The notes: generated from the letters alone by a model not told the origin. A stretch of 64,000 nucleotides of DNA from Cenarchaeum sp. (GCA_965242695.1 CBDESU010000002.1:256001-320000), one strand, 5' to 3'; shown: positions 30,201-40,403, numbered from the stretch's first letter. Numbers and translations are program-made.

Positions 30201-32364
30201 CGACGGCGGGATGTACGCGGCGGCCGTGTCGGCCGGCGACGGGGCAATCCAGGTGATCAACGCCACGAACCCGGCCCGCCCGGCCCCCCTCCCGTCGCTC
30301 GCGGTGCCGCGGTCGGGCAGCGCGGGCGATCCCGGGCACGGCGCGGCAATCACGTCGTTCAGGTCGGGCGCGTCGACGTACGTGGCGGCCGCCGTCCCGG
30401 GCTACGGCCGGGGCGGGGGCCTCTACATTGCAAACATTACCGACCCCGCCTCGCCCGTCCTCTTGTCGTCGGCCGTCAACGGCACGGGCGGGTTCGACAC
30501 GCTCGCCGGCGCGTCCGGCGTCGACGTGGCGCGCATCGGGTCCTCGACGTACGCCGTCGTCGCATCGTCCTGGGACGGCGGGATCCAGATAGTCGACATT
30601 ACGAGCCCCGCATCTCCGGCGGCCGTCGCATCGGCGAGGGACGGGATCGGCGGGTTTGACGAGCTCGCGGGGGCATCGTCTGTCGCCATAGCCCATATCG
30701 GCCCGTCGACGTACGCCGTCGTCGCGGCGGCGAGGGACGACGGCGTCCAGATCATCAACATTACCGACCCCGCCTCGCCGGCGGCCGTCGCATCGGCGGG
30801 GGACGGGACCGGCGGGTTTGAAAAGCTCGACGGCGCGTCGGACGTGGCGATCGCATCCCTCGGGGGCGCCACGTACGCCGTCGTGGCCTCGCCCGACCGT
30901 GCGACCAGCACGTACTGGTACGCGGCGGTCCACCCCGACAGCGGCGTCCAGATCATCAACATTACCGACCCCGCCTCGCCGTCCCCCGCCGCGGCCCTGA
31001 CCGACGGCGCCGGCGGGTTCGACGAGCTGTACACTGCGAGCGGCGTGTCCGTGGCCGCCGTGGGGCCCGCCCTGTACGCGGTCGTCTCGTCGCTCTACGA
31101 CGACGGCCTGCAGATCGTCGGCATCGGCGCGGCGCAGCCCAACCTGCCGCCCGCCGTCGACGTATCCCCGAACGCGACCGTGCTCGAAACGGGCCGCCTC
31201 CGGCACGCCGTCCACGCGCACGACCCGAACGCCGACCGCCTCAACGTCACCGTGTCCTCGAGCCCGCCGGCGCCCGGCCTTGCGCTGTCCGGGGACGGGG
31301 CCGTCGTGTGGACGCCCGGCGAGTCGCAGTCGGGCTCGTACACCGTAAGCATTACCGCCGTCGACCCGCACGGCGCGTCCGCGAGCGGGCAGTTCGAGCT
31401 GGCCGTATCCGACGCGTCCGTCTCGCACAGGTCGCACGATGCGTTCGCATCGTCGCTCGGCGGGTGGTCGTACAAGCAGGTCTGGGATCCCGGGGGCGAC
31501 AGGACCTGCGGGGCCACCTCGCACGTCGTGCAGTACGGCATGCGGCACTCTGCCGAGCACGGCGGCTCGGCGCACGTCAGCGGCAACGGAAACTGCTGGA
31601 AGGGCAGCGCTGGGGCCGCCCGCAGCGTGTCCGTCCCCCCGTCTCACACGGGGGGCGACATCCGCATCGACCTCGAGTTCCGCACCGGCAGCATCATATA
31701 CAGGACGGGGAGCTGGACGAACAACCTGGCCGTCGACGTGACCGACTCGCAGGGGCGCTCCCTCGCGGACGAGCCCCTGTACGGGAGCGAGAGGGTGCCC
31801 GGCCAGGGCGACAGCGGCTGGTCGAGCGCGACCGTGTACGCAAGGGGCGTCGACTCGTCGGCATGCCCGTGCGAGGTGTACGTGCACTTCCACGACTTCT
31901 GGGAGATGAACCACGGGCAGAACTTTTACCTGGACAACGTCAACATCACCGTGTCAAAGCCGGCCGCCGTTGCGGCCGGCGCCGGCGGCGCCGGCGGCGC
32001 CGGCGGGGCGGCCGGCCAGGCCGGCGACGAGGCGCACCGGGAACGGGAGCGCAGCCCGCCGGCGATCGACGCGGCGTCCCCCGCGGCCCACGCCAACGGG
32101 ACGCGCGTGGCGATCACCGACAGGATCGTCTACGGCACGACCGTGTCGCTGGCGTGGGACGCATACGGCGGGGCCAAGGGCCTGCTGTACGATGTCGTCG
32201 CGGTGTCGGCCCGCGGCGGCGGGGAGGTAGCGGCATCGGCCATAGTAGATGGCACGTCCGGCCAGCTAGACGGCCTAGAGCCGAACACGCGCTACGAGAT
32301 CAGCGTCGAGGTGCGCGGCGAGCCGGACACGCGCAGCACCGTGCTGGCAGCGACATGGGAGTGA
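27271..32364 (+). CDS. Large secreted metalloprotease-like LVIVD/HYR/FN3 surface protein, paralog 3
   Basis: Same architecture, ILHEYGHHVM. GTG start at 27271 after TTTTTAT (27241-27247) gives a clean signal peptide (AAVAIAAVAVAAAAYAAPAEA). Confidence 0.85.
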   Translation: MPAATRAAVAIAAVAVAAAAYAAPAEAAAGAQDGLDAAEVLPPTDPLARYLERVIPDEASARQWLADHAPHLPAEYRDRLLAENPSLASRTGTAPPAASGQSSIQYPDITEVYDGETFAYGALRSASPDGALRDQPGITVCLVDRLASGSFAPLHDVVTFEPACQVTDMDGAFWGHIFIYGDHGDPVDLWLNVSAAAPAGRVVDGTGRTYAAYVDASDGLDGYLTGLGATTMDGDDGMRRTFWILDSVALGREAAHNATGRAMPPLDIVWLNDTRSRVPSSYDGTGMNMTVSSSVKRGASHGAEAYPASILHEYGHHVMRDARGATGSAVPGSAACSDAIMRQTTPACAWSEGWAHFFPALALDGRLLQYQEQRYPIDLEAAKWRVRGQSGAGFADGSAGRVASALWDLRDAANEGGDTVDNATAAVWASLYGAGNGSAARTPAAFSDFAAGWSRAAPGHPPLGSVMVLNGLASIPQLLAASAGTGRFHDGFESGTGSWAMSGGGNWRAAPAAGQNGSAALVSSGCAPSAGGCVATVLEAINSTGYARASLRMSLAGGPSSAVALQHSADGLSWANASSHNGTISGWRGADVDAIRLGAEGDPARSYFRLVAFSGEANQSAAVDHIMIRADSAPTVSVAPSVRIGHDRLHRLAVGASDPDGDAVSLSLEIGAGAAPSGVSAVLRDLGNGTGIAEVRASPSSAGNFAATVTATAHGLSRSAPLAIAVDDVEPPAIGGDTGHRTVEATALPATPVILGPVNATDNHDPRPSLAHSRAPGGAYPLGTTIIRYNATDASGNTAAILQNVTVLDTTRPAFGAIGPLAVRLGISGAPAPVDYAVPAATDLEGPVPVRCDPPPGSLFSAGTTSVSCTASDGRGNTATATFAVTAAPPPALNHPSSPVPVSAFRMDNPRGSDTAEFNGSTYAAVAYSYPVWWYADGVMIIDITDPHRPAYASSPRDGHDGFGTLGGARDVALAIVDGGMYAAAVSAGDGAIQVINATNPARPAPLPSLAVPRSGSAGDPGHGAAITSFRSGASTYVAAAVPGYGRGGGLYIANITDPASPVLLSSAVNGTGGFDTLAGASGVDVARIGSSTYAVVASSWDGGIQIVDITSPASPAAVASARDGIGGFDELAGASSVAIAHIGPSTYAVVAAARDDGVQIINITDPASPAAVASAGDGTGGFEKLDGASDVAIASLGGATYAVVASPDRATSTYWYAAVHPDSGVQIINITDPASPSPAAALTDGAGGFDELYTASGVSVAAVGPALYAVVSSLYDDGLQIVGIGAAQPNLPPAVDVSPNATVLETGRLRHAVHAHDPNADRLNVTVSSSPPAPGLALSGDGAVVWTPGESQSGSYTVSITAVDPHGASASGQFELAVSDASVSHRSHDAFASSLGGWSYKQVWDPGGDRTCGATSHVVQYGMRHSAEHGGSAHVSGNGNCWKGSAGAARSVSVPPSHTGGDIRIDLEFRTGSIIYRTGSWTNNLAVDVTDSQGRSLADEPLYGSERVPGQGDSGWSSATVYARGVDSSACPCEVYVHFHDFWEMNHGQNFYLDNVNITVSKPAAVAAGAGGAGGAGGAAGQAGDEAHRERERSPPAIDAASPAAHANGTRVAITDRIVYGTTVSLAWDAYGGAKGLLYDVVAVSARGGGEVAASAIVDGTSGQLDGLEPNTRYEISVEVRGEPDTRSTVLAATWE

Positions 32365-32492
32365 GGCGGCGCGGGGCAGGGCCGTCCTGCCAGGCGGCGC
32401 CCCTGCGGCCCCGCCCGGCGCCTAGGCCCGCGAGGCCCCGCGCCGCACGCAGGTGCAAACGCTTTAACGGGGCCCAGCCACAGGCGGAGGCA

Positions 32493-34295
32493 ATGGCGGC
32501 GAAGGCCCCCACGTACAACGTTCTCCTCCCGGTGCGCAACGGGGAGGCGACCATCGAGACAACAATGGACAGCATCCTAGGCCAGTCTCTGCCCCCGTCG
32601 GCCGTAAGCGTGGCAGAGGACGGCTCGACGGACGACACGGCCGCAATACTGGGGCGGTACGAGAAGGACTACCCCGGCACTGTCCGCGTAACACACACGG
32701 GCAGCACGACGACGGACTTTACGCGAATCCCGCGGCTCCTCAACATGGGCCTGGACAGGAGGTACGACTACCACATGCTCGGCGCCGGCGACTGCGACTT
32801 CGCGAGGGACTATGCGGAGATCATCGTGTCCAGAATGGAGTCCGATCCGTCCATAGCGGTGGCATCGGGCGACTACAACGACCCGCCCGCCCACGACCCG
32901 CGCGGGGCGGGCCGGTTCGTCAGGCAGGCGTGGTTTTTTTCCGAGCGCGGCCGCTATCCGGAGATGGTCGGGTTCGAGCCGGAGACCGTGCTCAGGGCGA
33001 AGATGTCCGGCATGTCGGCCGCCGTCTACGCCGATGCCAGGTACGTCCACCTAGACAGGCTGGGCCACAGCCACAACTTTTCCGAGTTCGGGCACTCGAT
33101 GAGGGCGCTCGGGTACCATCCGCTGTACGCGCTCGGCAGGTGCGCCAAGTGCATGCTCGGCTCGGACATTCCGAGGAGGGGCGCGCTCAACATGCTGTGG
33201 CAGTACGCGGCGTACCGGCCCTCGGGCGGCTACTACTCGGCGTATCCGGCCGAGTTCCGCGCGGGCGTGCGCCGCATGCAGTCCGCGGCGATCAGGCGGG
33301 CGCTCGGCCTCGGCCTCCGCGCTAGCCGAGGCGGCGCGCCCGCATCGGAGAAGAGGCCGTTCACCGTGGTCGTGCCGTTCCGCGACACGCCCGCGGGCCG
33401 CGCCTTTGCCAAGAGGTCGCTCCCGTCGGCCGCCGCCCTGGGCCCCGACGAGATCGTCGTCGGCGTCGACGCCCCGGCCGCGCCCGGCCTGGAAGAGTTC
33501 CTGGCCGGCGCGGCGGCGGCGGCGGAGGGCGGCGGCGCGCGCCGCGTCCCGCTGCGCGCCGTGCCGGTGGAGCGCTCCGGCGAGTGGCGCATGCATGCCG
33601 CCCATGTGGTCCACGAGTGCCTTTCGCGGTGCCGCACCGATGCCGTCCTGCTGTACAACATCGACACCGTCCTGCGCCCTGGCGCGCTCGGCGGCCTCTC
33701 CGCCGTCGGCAGGGACGGCGTCTCGCTCGTCTCGTACGCCCTGCGCATGCGCACCGACAGCCCGGGCGCGCGCCTGCGGTACCTGGCGTACCGCGCGCGC
33801 TCGCGCGTGCGCGGCACGGCCAACTCGGGCATGTTCTGGCTGCACCTCCCAGACTACCGCTCCCGAATAGACCCCGCCGAATACGCAACCATAGCCAACG
33901 GCTTTGACACGTACATATTCGAGGCCATGGCGGCCGGCCCCGGCACCCGCGCAGTCACTGTCGGGACGCTCGGCGTCGACGCCATGGACCGCGAGAACGG
34001 CGATCTGGAGTGGAGGCAGTTCGGGTACGGCCTGTGGCTGTACGCGCGCCGGAGCCGGGCGGGCGGAGGGCGGGCATCGGCGCTGCGCGGCGCGGCGGCC
34101 ATCCTAAAGCACGCCGCGGTCAACTGCCACCCGTACAGCCTGAAGGGGTGGAACTGGGCAAGGTCCCACCCCGAGTCCGAGCCGGTCAGGATCGCCGCCA
34201 AGTCGGACTACATCGAGTGGACGACGTACCACGAGCCGGGGCAGGTTCGCAGCCTGGCCGACTGGCCCGAGAGAGGCACGGGGTTTGCCGGGTAG
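32493..34295 (+). CDS. Two-domain GT-A (GT2-like) glycosyltransferase
   Basis: ATG at 32493 after TTTAA. YNVLLPVRNGEATI...EDGSTDDT; the second domain is FTVVVPFRD...EIVVGVD...NIDT. Confidence 0.8.
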   Translation: MAAKAPTYNVLLPVRNGEATIETTMDSILGQSLPPSAVSVAEDGSTDDTAAILGRYEKDYPGTVRVTHTGSTTTDFTRIPRLLNMGLDRRYDYHMLGAGDCDFARDYAEIIVSRMESDPSIAVASGDYNDPPAHDPRGAGRFVRQAWFFSERGRYPEMVGFEPETVLRAKMSGMSAAVYADARYVHLDRLGHSHNFSEFGHSMRALGYHPLYALGRCAKCMLGSDIPRRGALNMLWQYAAYRPSGGYYSAYPAEFRAGVRRMQSAAIRRALGLGLRASRGGAPASEKRPFTVVVPFRDTPAGRAFAKRSLPSAAALGPDEIVVGVDAPAAPGLEEFLAGAAAAAEGGGARRVPLRAVPVERSGEWRMHAAHVVHECLSRCRTDAVLLYNIDTVLRPGALGGLSAVGRDGVSLVSYALRMRTDSPGARLRYLAYRARSRVRGTANSGMFWLHLPDYRSRIDPAEYATIANGFDTYIFEAMAAGPGTRAVTVGTLGVDAMDRENGDLEWRQFGYGLWLYARRSRAGGGRASALRGAAAILKHAAVNCHPYSLKGWNWARSHPESEPVRIAAKSDYIEWTTYHEPGQVRSLADWPERGTGFAG

Positions 34296-34450
34296 CGGCC
34301 AGCGGAAGGGCGTGGCATGGGGTGCGGGCGCCGTCCCCTAGCAGGACGGCCGCGGAACGGACGGCGGCGCCGGCCGCATCCCGCGGACCGTGAAAGCGAC
34401 AGAGTGCGGAGGCGCCGGGGCGTTGCCGCAACCTGCGCGCCGCCGCCCGA

Positions 34451-35599
34451 TCACGGCGGCGCCGGCCGCCCCTCGACAAGCGCGAGCATGCGGCGGTGGA
34501 ACTCTTCCTCGGCGAACCCCTTGGCATGCTCGCGCAGGCGCGGCAGGTACGAGTCGTACCGGCCGTCGGCGGCGGCGCGCACCTTTTCGGCCGCCTCTTC
34601 CTCCGTGTCGTACCGAAGCTCGCCAAACGGCACCGTCTCGACGTGCGCCGAGTTGTTTGGCACTATCGGAACGCAGCCGGCCGCGATCCCCTCCACCACG
34701 GATATGCCAAAGTCCTCGACGCAGGCGTGCAGGTACACCCTTGCCGCGCCGACGATCTCCTCCAGGCGGGGGCGCGCCGCATTGCGGTATAGCGAGACGT
34801 CCCCGCCCGCCTTGGCGGCGCCCCGCTCTATTGAGCGGAACACGCGCTCGTGCTCCGGCACCAGCGTGCCGCCGACAACGTCGAGCGGCACGCCGGCGGC
34901 CACCGCAATGCGGACGCTCGCATCGTGCATCTTGCGCTGATCGAACGTGCCGACCGTCGCGGCCCGCCTCGCCTTGGGCCCTCCCGCGCGCCGGGCCATC
35001 CCGCCCACGTCGACGGGCGGGTACACGGCCCCGTGCGCCGCGCGTCCGAACGCCCGCTCAATCCTGCCCCTTGCAAACTCCGAATTCGGGACAAGGACGA
35101 TCTTTGGGTCGGCCAGCTGCCCGATGCGCCTTGCCACGAGGCGCGCCCGTATGCGCGCCCTGACGCCCCTCTTGCGGCCCGCGGCATCCGGAAGATGCGA
35201 AAAGTAGGCCGTGTCCCCGGCGTAGTCGGGGTTGACTCCCGCGCCCGTGTGCGGCATCAGCTGCGAGTGGAAGTAGAACAGGACGCGATCGGCGCTGTTC
35301 CTTCCCATGAACACGCCCCAGTCCGAGACTATGATGACGTCGCTGTCCCCCGCCATGTCGAACAGCGGCTTGTGGTCCGTGTGCAGCACCGAGTACCGGC
35401 GGGCCAGCGGCGGCGTCGGCCGGCGGCGCCACCACGGGGGCACCTCCACGCGTATCCCCTCCGGCACCTCCGCGGGCGGCTTGAGCGTGTACAGTACAGT
35501 CTCGTGGTCCGTCCCGGCGAGCATGCGCAGCATCGACAGCGTGACGCGCTCGGCGCCGCCGCTGCTCATAAAGTAGCGCTCGATTACCCCGACCTTCAA
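34451..35599 (-). CDS. GT-B (GT4 family) glycosyltransferase
   Basis: GGAERV N-terminus, NSEF, VYPPVD, and EDFGISVVEGIAAG (EX7E motif). Confidence 0.9.
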   Translation of the reverse strand: MKVGVIERYFMSSGGAERVTLSMLRMLAGTDHETVLYTLKPPAEVPEGIRVEVPPWWRRRPTPPLARRYSVLHTDHKPLFDMAGDSDVIIVSDWGVFMGRNSADRVLFYFHSQLMPHTGAGVNPDYAGDTAYFSHLPDAAGRKRGVRARIRARLVARRIGQLADPKIVLVPNSEFARGRIERAFGRAAHGAVYPPVDVGGMARRAGGPKARRAATVGTFDQRKMHDASVRIAVAAGVPLDVVGGTLVPEHERVFRSIERGAAKAGGDVSLYRNAARPRLEEIVGAARVYLHACVEDFGISVVEGIAAGCVPIVPNNSAHVETVPFGELRYDTEEEAAEKVRAAADGRYDSYLPRLREHAKGFAEEEFHRRMLALVEGRPAPP

Positions 35600-35693
35600 G
35601 GCCGTCCGCCTCTCCCTTCGCCCGTGGGCATGCCCAAGTGCATGCGACGCCCCCTGCGCAACGGTATATTAGGAATTGCGGGCGCCCTAGCTC

Positions 35694-36785
35694 GTGGCGG
35701 CCGCGTCCAACGCTGGCAAGGTATCCATACTCATACCGGTGTACAACCGGGCAGACTTGGTCGGGCAGGCCATCGACTCGGCACTAGCCCAGACATACCC
35801 CGACAAGGAGATAATCGTGGTAGACGACTGCTCGACGGACGGCACGGCGGCCGCGCTCGATCGGTACGGCGGCCGCATCACCGTCGTCAGGCGCAGCGAG
35901 AACGGCGGAATAGGGGCCGCGCTGAGCACCGGACTGGCCGCATCCGCGGGCCGGTGGATAAAGCGGTGCGACTCGGACGACGTGCTGTATCCGAACGCCG
36001 TGCGCGACCTGCTCGACGCCCACTCTAGGCTCGGCCCCGGCGAGAAGACGATGCCGTTCATGAGCGCAGGCACGGCCGACGGCCGAACGTACCCGTACCG
36101 GCCAGGCCCCATGATCAACCGGCTTGACGCGTTCGGGCAGGCCGTCCTAGTCCTTGACGGGTACTTTATGCACCACGGGACGTGCATCTTTCCCCGGTCC
36201 ATACTAGACCGCATGCCGTACAACCCGGGCTACAGGTGCTCCGAGGACTGGGACCTCGACCTGCGGCTGGTGCTCGCCGGGTACCGCCTGCGCCACATCG
36301 AGCGGCCCGTCTACGGGTGGCGGATGCACAGCGGCCAGCTCTCCCGGACGGACATGGCGCGGAAAGAGTACAACGCGGCGCACCGCCGATCCATAGGCAG
36401 GGAGTTTGCCCTGATGGACGCCGGGCGCAGGAAGCTGCTGCGCGGCGCCCTAGCAAGGTACCAGAGGCGCAGAAGGTACCTGCGCGGCAAGTGGGTGGCG
36501 GCAAACCCGTCCATGCTGCAGGACCTGCGGCAGGGCCCTCGCGGCAGGCTGGCCGGCTCGTTCCTCGGCAAGATCGTCCGCAGCCAACCGCTCGCATGGG
36601 CGGCCCGGCGCTCGATCCACCAGCGATCCGCGCGGTACTTGGCAGGCGCGGCGGCTTGGTACGCCGGGAAGAGGGGAGAGAATTGGCGCGGCTCGGGCCT
36701 GCGCGGCCTGAGCTACAACGATGTCCAGTACGGCATCTGCGTCGACGACGCCCTGCCGGCGCATGTAGGGGACGGAGCGACATGA
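35694..36785 (+). CDS. GT2 family glycosyltransferase
   Basis: VSILIPVYN, VVDDCSTDGT, DSDD, SEDWDL. Confidence 0.92.
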   Translation: MAAASNAGKVSILIPVYNRADLVGQAIDSALAQTYPDKEIIVVDDCSTDGTAAALDRYGGRITVVRRSENGGIGAALSTGLAASAGRWIKRCDSDDVLYPNAVRDLLDAHSRLGPGEKTMPFMSAGTADGRTYPYRPGPMINRLDAFGQAVLVLDGYFMHHGTCIFPRSILDRMPYNPGYRCSEDWDLDLRLVLAGYRLRHIERPVYGWRMHSGQLSRTDMARKEYNAAHRRSIGREFALMDAGRRKLLRGALARYQRRRRYLRGKWVAANPSMLQDLRQGPRGRLAGSFLGKIVRSQPLAWAARRSIHQRSARYLAGAAAWYAGKRGENWRGSGLRGLSYNDVQYGICVDDALPAHVGDGAT

Positions 36786-36879
36786 CAGTTGGGCGGGGGC
36801 AGGGCGGGCCTCTCCAATGACGTGAGCATGTTTGAAGACCCGGTGCAGGCGGCATGACCTGTCGGCGGGGGGGCGGGCC

Positions 36880-37767
36880 TCAGGGCCGCCGCCCCGGCAG
36901 GGCCGCGAACAGCCTCGAGTATGATCCGTGCGTGCCGATATCCATGCGGTGCTCACCGTCGCCGAGCAGGACGCCGACGGCCGTCCGGCCGTCCTTGATG
37001 GCAAGTCGGAACGCCTCGGCGAGGCGCGCCCCGGGCGGCACATCGGCGGCTGCATCCAGGTACCCAAAGATCGACGGCCTGAACATGTAGATGGCCACGA
37101 TGGCATGCCTAGACGCCGGGCGGGCCGGTTTTTCGCGCACGGCCCTGACGTCTACGACACCCCCTCCCATGTCGGGCCCCTCTACCACTCCGTACTGCGA
37201 CGGATCGTCGACGTCCTCGAGCAGGAACGCAATGTCGGCGCCGTTCCCCTCAAACGCCTCTTCCAGCCGACGCAGGTGGCCGGCACCCTCGGACACGACT
37301 ATATCGTCGCCGGCGTGCAGGATGAACGGCTCGCCGTCGCCGCGGTCCATCATGCCCCTCCCCCTCGAGACCGCATCGCCAAAGCCTAGCGGTCCCGGCT
37401 GCCGGACAAACGCGATATTCGAGCCGGCCAGCATATCCTCGTACCGCTGCGCCTCGGCGGCCAGGCCTTCCAAGCCCTGCTCCCTGAGGCGCGCCGGCGC
37501 GCCGGGATCCGGCGTAAAATGCCCCTCGACGGCGCCCTTTGACCGCCCCGTCACAAGGCAGTACTCGCGCACTCCGTGCGCGTAGAGACTCTCGAATATT
37601 ACCTGCAGGGCAGGCTTGAGCAGGACGGGGCCTCCCGGGCCGCCCGGCGCCTCTGGAAGCGGCAGCCCGGCCGGCACCGGAAGGAGCTCCTTTGGCACCT
37701 CCCTGGACACGGGATGCAGCCGCGTGCCAGAGCCGGCCACCGTAAGCAGGCACCGCCTCGCTCCCAT
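36880..37767 (-). CDS. Sugar-1-phosphate nucleotidyltransferase (GalU/RmlA-like)
   Basis: AGSGTRL.P.S..VPKELLPV, RQPGPLGFGDAV, YGVV, EKP, DIGT. ATG at 37767 after a TTAAAT box. Confidence 0.88.
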   Translation of the reverse strand: MGARRCLLTVAGSGTRLHPVSREVPKELLPVPAGLPLPEAPGGPGGPVLLKPALQVIFESLYAHGVREYCLVTGRSKGAVEGHFTPDPGAPARLREQGLEGLAAEAQRYEDMLAGSNIAFVRQPGPLGFGDAVSRGRGMMDRGDGEPFILHAGDDIVVSEGAGHLRRLEEAFEGNGADIAFLLEDVDDPSQYGVVEGPDMGGGVVDVRAVREKPARPASRHAIVAIYMFRPSIFGYLDAAADVPPGARLAEAFRLAIKDGRTAVGVLLGDGEHRMDIGTHGSYSRLFAALPGRRP

Positions 37768-37975
37768 GCGTCCGGGCGGGGGAAGCCCCAATTTAAGGGC
37801 GCGGGCGCCGGTTGCAGGATGCCGGCTCGATGCGGCAAGGCGAGCCCAAAGGCCGTGATCCCTGCCTGCAAACCCGTCGGCGTCGCCATGGCACGCAAGG
37901 TGCGGCGGCGGCCGCGCTCGCCATTGTGTCGCCGTATCGCATCTGCCGTCTCGCCCGCGCCGCCGGTAGCCGGGA

Positions 37976-38836
37976 TCATCCCCCGTAGTGCCCATGCAGC
38001 CGCGCCACGACGGATTCGGGCCGGTGCGCCTCTGGAAGCCCCTCCAGCTTGTCTAGGTTGTGGTCGACCACCTTTAGCCCCATCGCGAGCGCCTGCAACC
38101 CCGTCGTGCTCAGCGCCGCCATTACCTTGCCGATCGGCAGCCATTTTATGTCGATATAGTACTCGTACCCGGAGAGAAAGGCCGGCATGTCGGGGTACGA
38201 AACCGGGGACTCGTTCGTGTCGTGGACGGTGCAGTCTAGGCCGGCGCCGGCGTCTTTGAGCAGCCCCAGCTTGACCTCGCGTGGCTCGTCACGTATGACA
38301 AAGTAGACGGCCCTGCCGTTGCGGGCCGGCGGACCGGCCGGCGCAAAGAGGTCCGTGTCGACCGGGTTTGGAAGCCACTCGTGCCCCCCGTACTCGCATA
38401 GGTCGGGGGTGCTGACGAGCACCCTGTCCGCGTGCCGATCGTGCTCGTCCCTGTACGCCGGGTTCATATCCCTGAGATTGTCGCCGTGGTGGTGCAATAT
38501 GATCCTCTTGCCGGGGTGCCTTCTCCTGAGCACGGTGACCAGCTCGGGGCTACCGCCGTGCACGTGCAATACGTCGTATCCGGGAGCCATTCTGCTCAGA
38601 ATGTCCTCGAACCGCACCGCCACGGCAATCCGCCTCGTCGCGCCGGCCCGCCACAGGGGCGAGTACCGCCACGGCACGCGGCGCCACTCGTCTGACCCAT
38701 AGTACGAGGCGATCCCGTGCGGCAGGCCGAGCGCCCTTGTGACCACGTCGGCGCGGCACAGCCCGCTCCTGTTCTGGTACTTTGCCAGTATGTAGGGAAT
38801 GCCAGAGGCATCGCCTATGTGTAGCACGCGCAGCAC
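37976..38836 (-). CDS. GT-B-like glycosyltransferase
   Basis: LRVLHIGD, YDVLHVH, LHHHGDNLR, LPNPVDTDLF, GLQALAMG. Confidence 0.75.
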   Translation of the reverse strand: MLRVLHIGDASGIPYILAKYQNRSGLCRADVVTRALGLPHGIASYYGSDEWRRVPWRYSPLWRAGATRRIAVAVRFEDILSRMAPGYDVLHVHGGSPELVTVLRRRHPGKRIILHHHGDNLRDMNPAYRDEHDRHADRVLVSTPDLCEYGGHEWLPNPVDTDLFAPAGPPARNGRAVYFVIRDEPREVKLGLLKDAGAGLDCTVHDTNESPVSYPDMPAFLSGYEYYIDIKWLPIGKVMAALSTTGLQALAMGLKVVDHNLDKLEGLPEAHRPESVVARLHGHYGG

Positions 38837-39365
38837 GGCGCCCCCCTCCGCGGGCGCTAGTTATAGATTGGCCGCCCCGTGGCGGAGCATCGTCACTGCC
38901 CTCCCCTGCACCGCGCGGCAACGCGGCGCAGGGAATCATGACGGGCATGCCCCGGTCAAAGCAAATGTTAGACCACAGGAGCGTCAACGCGGGGCGCACT
39001 TGCCAAGACAGAGGGCGGGGCAACGGCCCTGACGGCGGCTGAGCGTGGGTCAAATCTGCCCACATCCGACAAGCGGCGCCCCCATCTACGCCTTGACGCT
39101 GCACCGTGGCAAACCTGACGCGCGCGGGGCGCTGCACCCCGCGATCGCATCCCCTCCCCCTTCCATCCCACACGCACGGTCTCGGCTTAACAGTGGCCAA
39201 CCCACCCGTCATTCTCCGCGCGCTAGGGGCGCGGCACATCCCGGCGGAGAGCCCCGCGGAGGTGCCGCGGGCCAGCGCTGTGGAGATACCAGATAGGATG
39301 GCAGAAGGACGCAGACGGCAGGCGCCCCAACAGGCCGAGCCCCGCGGCCGGCGCCGCGGGTAGGA

Positions 39366-40262
39366 CTACAGCCCGTCGTTCCTGATCCTGTGGTACGACC
39401 TGACCACGCCCCTGGCCGCGCTCTCGGGCACGCATGCGAACAGGGCCCTGTGCGCCGCCACCCTTACCCTGTCGGAGAGGGGGCCGCGCGGCATCCTCAC
39501 CCGGGCCGCTGCCTCGACGTACCTCCCGCGCAGGTCCGCGGGCAGCTGGTCCAGCACCATCGACCTGATCCGGTCGTTCTTGGCCTCTATCTCGCCGGCG
39601 CGCGTCTGCGTCAGCTGCGACGGGTGCACCCGGGACACGGATATGTTGCGCGGGACCAGGTGCATGCCGCAGCCGTGCAGTAGGCAGCACCTCAGCCAGA
39701 ACTCATAGTCCTCGGCAAACCCGATCCCCTCGTTGAACGGCCCGCACCTCTCGAAGACCGACCTGTGGAACATGCTGGTGTTGCCGTTGCCGTAAAAGTG
39801 GTGCAGCAGTATGGCGTTGCGCTCAAAGTCGGTCTTGCCGTTGTGGTCCGGCTCTATGCTCCTGAGCCGGCCGGCCCTCCCGCCGCGCTCGTCGACAAAG
39901 TCGTACCTTGCGTAGAAGATGCGGTCGGCCGGCCAGCCGAGCGATCGCGCCGCCCCCGCAAGTGCGTCCACGGCGTGTGGCCTTAGCGCATCGTCGGCGC
40001 TGAGCCACTTGAACCAGTCGCCGCGCATCTGGCGGTAGCCGTGGTTGAGCGCGGATGCGGTCCCCCCGTTGGGCTTGCGAAAGACGCGGATGCGGTCGGC
40101 GTACCCGTCGAGTATCTCTGGGGAAGAGTCGGTCGAGCCGTCGTCGACGGCTATTATCTCTGTGTTGGGATAGGTCTGGTCGAGCGCGGAGCGGATGCAC
40201 TCGTCGAGGTACGGCTCGGCGTTGTACACGGGGATGACGATGGAGACCTTCACGCACGGCAC
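39366..40262 (-). CDS. GT2 family glycosyltransferase
   Basis: VSIVIPVYNAE.YL, VDDGSTDSS, NGGTASALN, SADD, AEDYEFWLR. Confidence 0.93.
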   Translation of the reverse strand: MPCVKVSIVIPVYNAEPYLDECIRSALDQTYPNTEIIAVDDGSTDSSPEILDGYADRIRVFRKPNGGTASALNHGYRQMRGDWFKWLSADDALRPHAVDALAGAARSLGWPADRIFYARYDFVDERGGRAGRLRSIEPDHNGKTDFERNAILLHHFYGNGNTSMFHRSVFERCGPFNEGIGFAEDYEFWLRCCLLHGCGMHLVPRNISVSRVHPSQLTQTRAGEIEAKNDRIRSMVLDQLPADLRGRYVEAAARVRMPRGPLSDRVRVAAHRALFACVPESAARGVVRSYHRIRNDGL

Positions 40263-40403
40263 CTCCCTGAACTATTGAGCGGCGAGGGAAGGGGCGCGAA
40301 CGGGCATCGCAGGCGGCCGGATGCACCCCCGGTGCGGGCGGGAGCGTTGCGAAGGACTGGCAACCATGTCGTAGCGCTGGACAACACTACAGGGAGGGCG
40401 AGG

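Noticed and set aside
2410-32364. Diversity-generating retroelement acting on the paralog C-termini
   Set aside because: No reverse transcriptase or template repeat is in the window, and the differences include indels and are not visibly adenine-specific.
31308-32492. N-terminal 395 aa of the 995-aa ORF, and other long Arg/Ala/Pro-rich alternative-frame ORFs
   Set aside because: Shadow ORFs of high-GC coding sequence. The real glycosyltransferase starts at 32493 after a TATA box.
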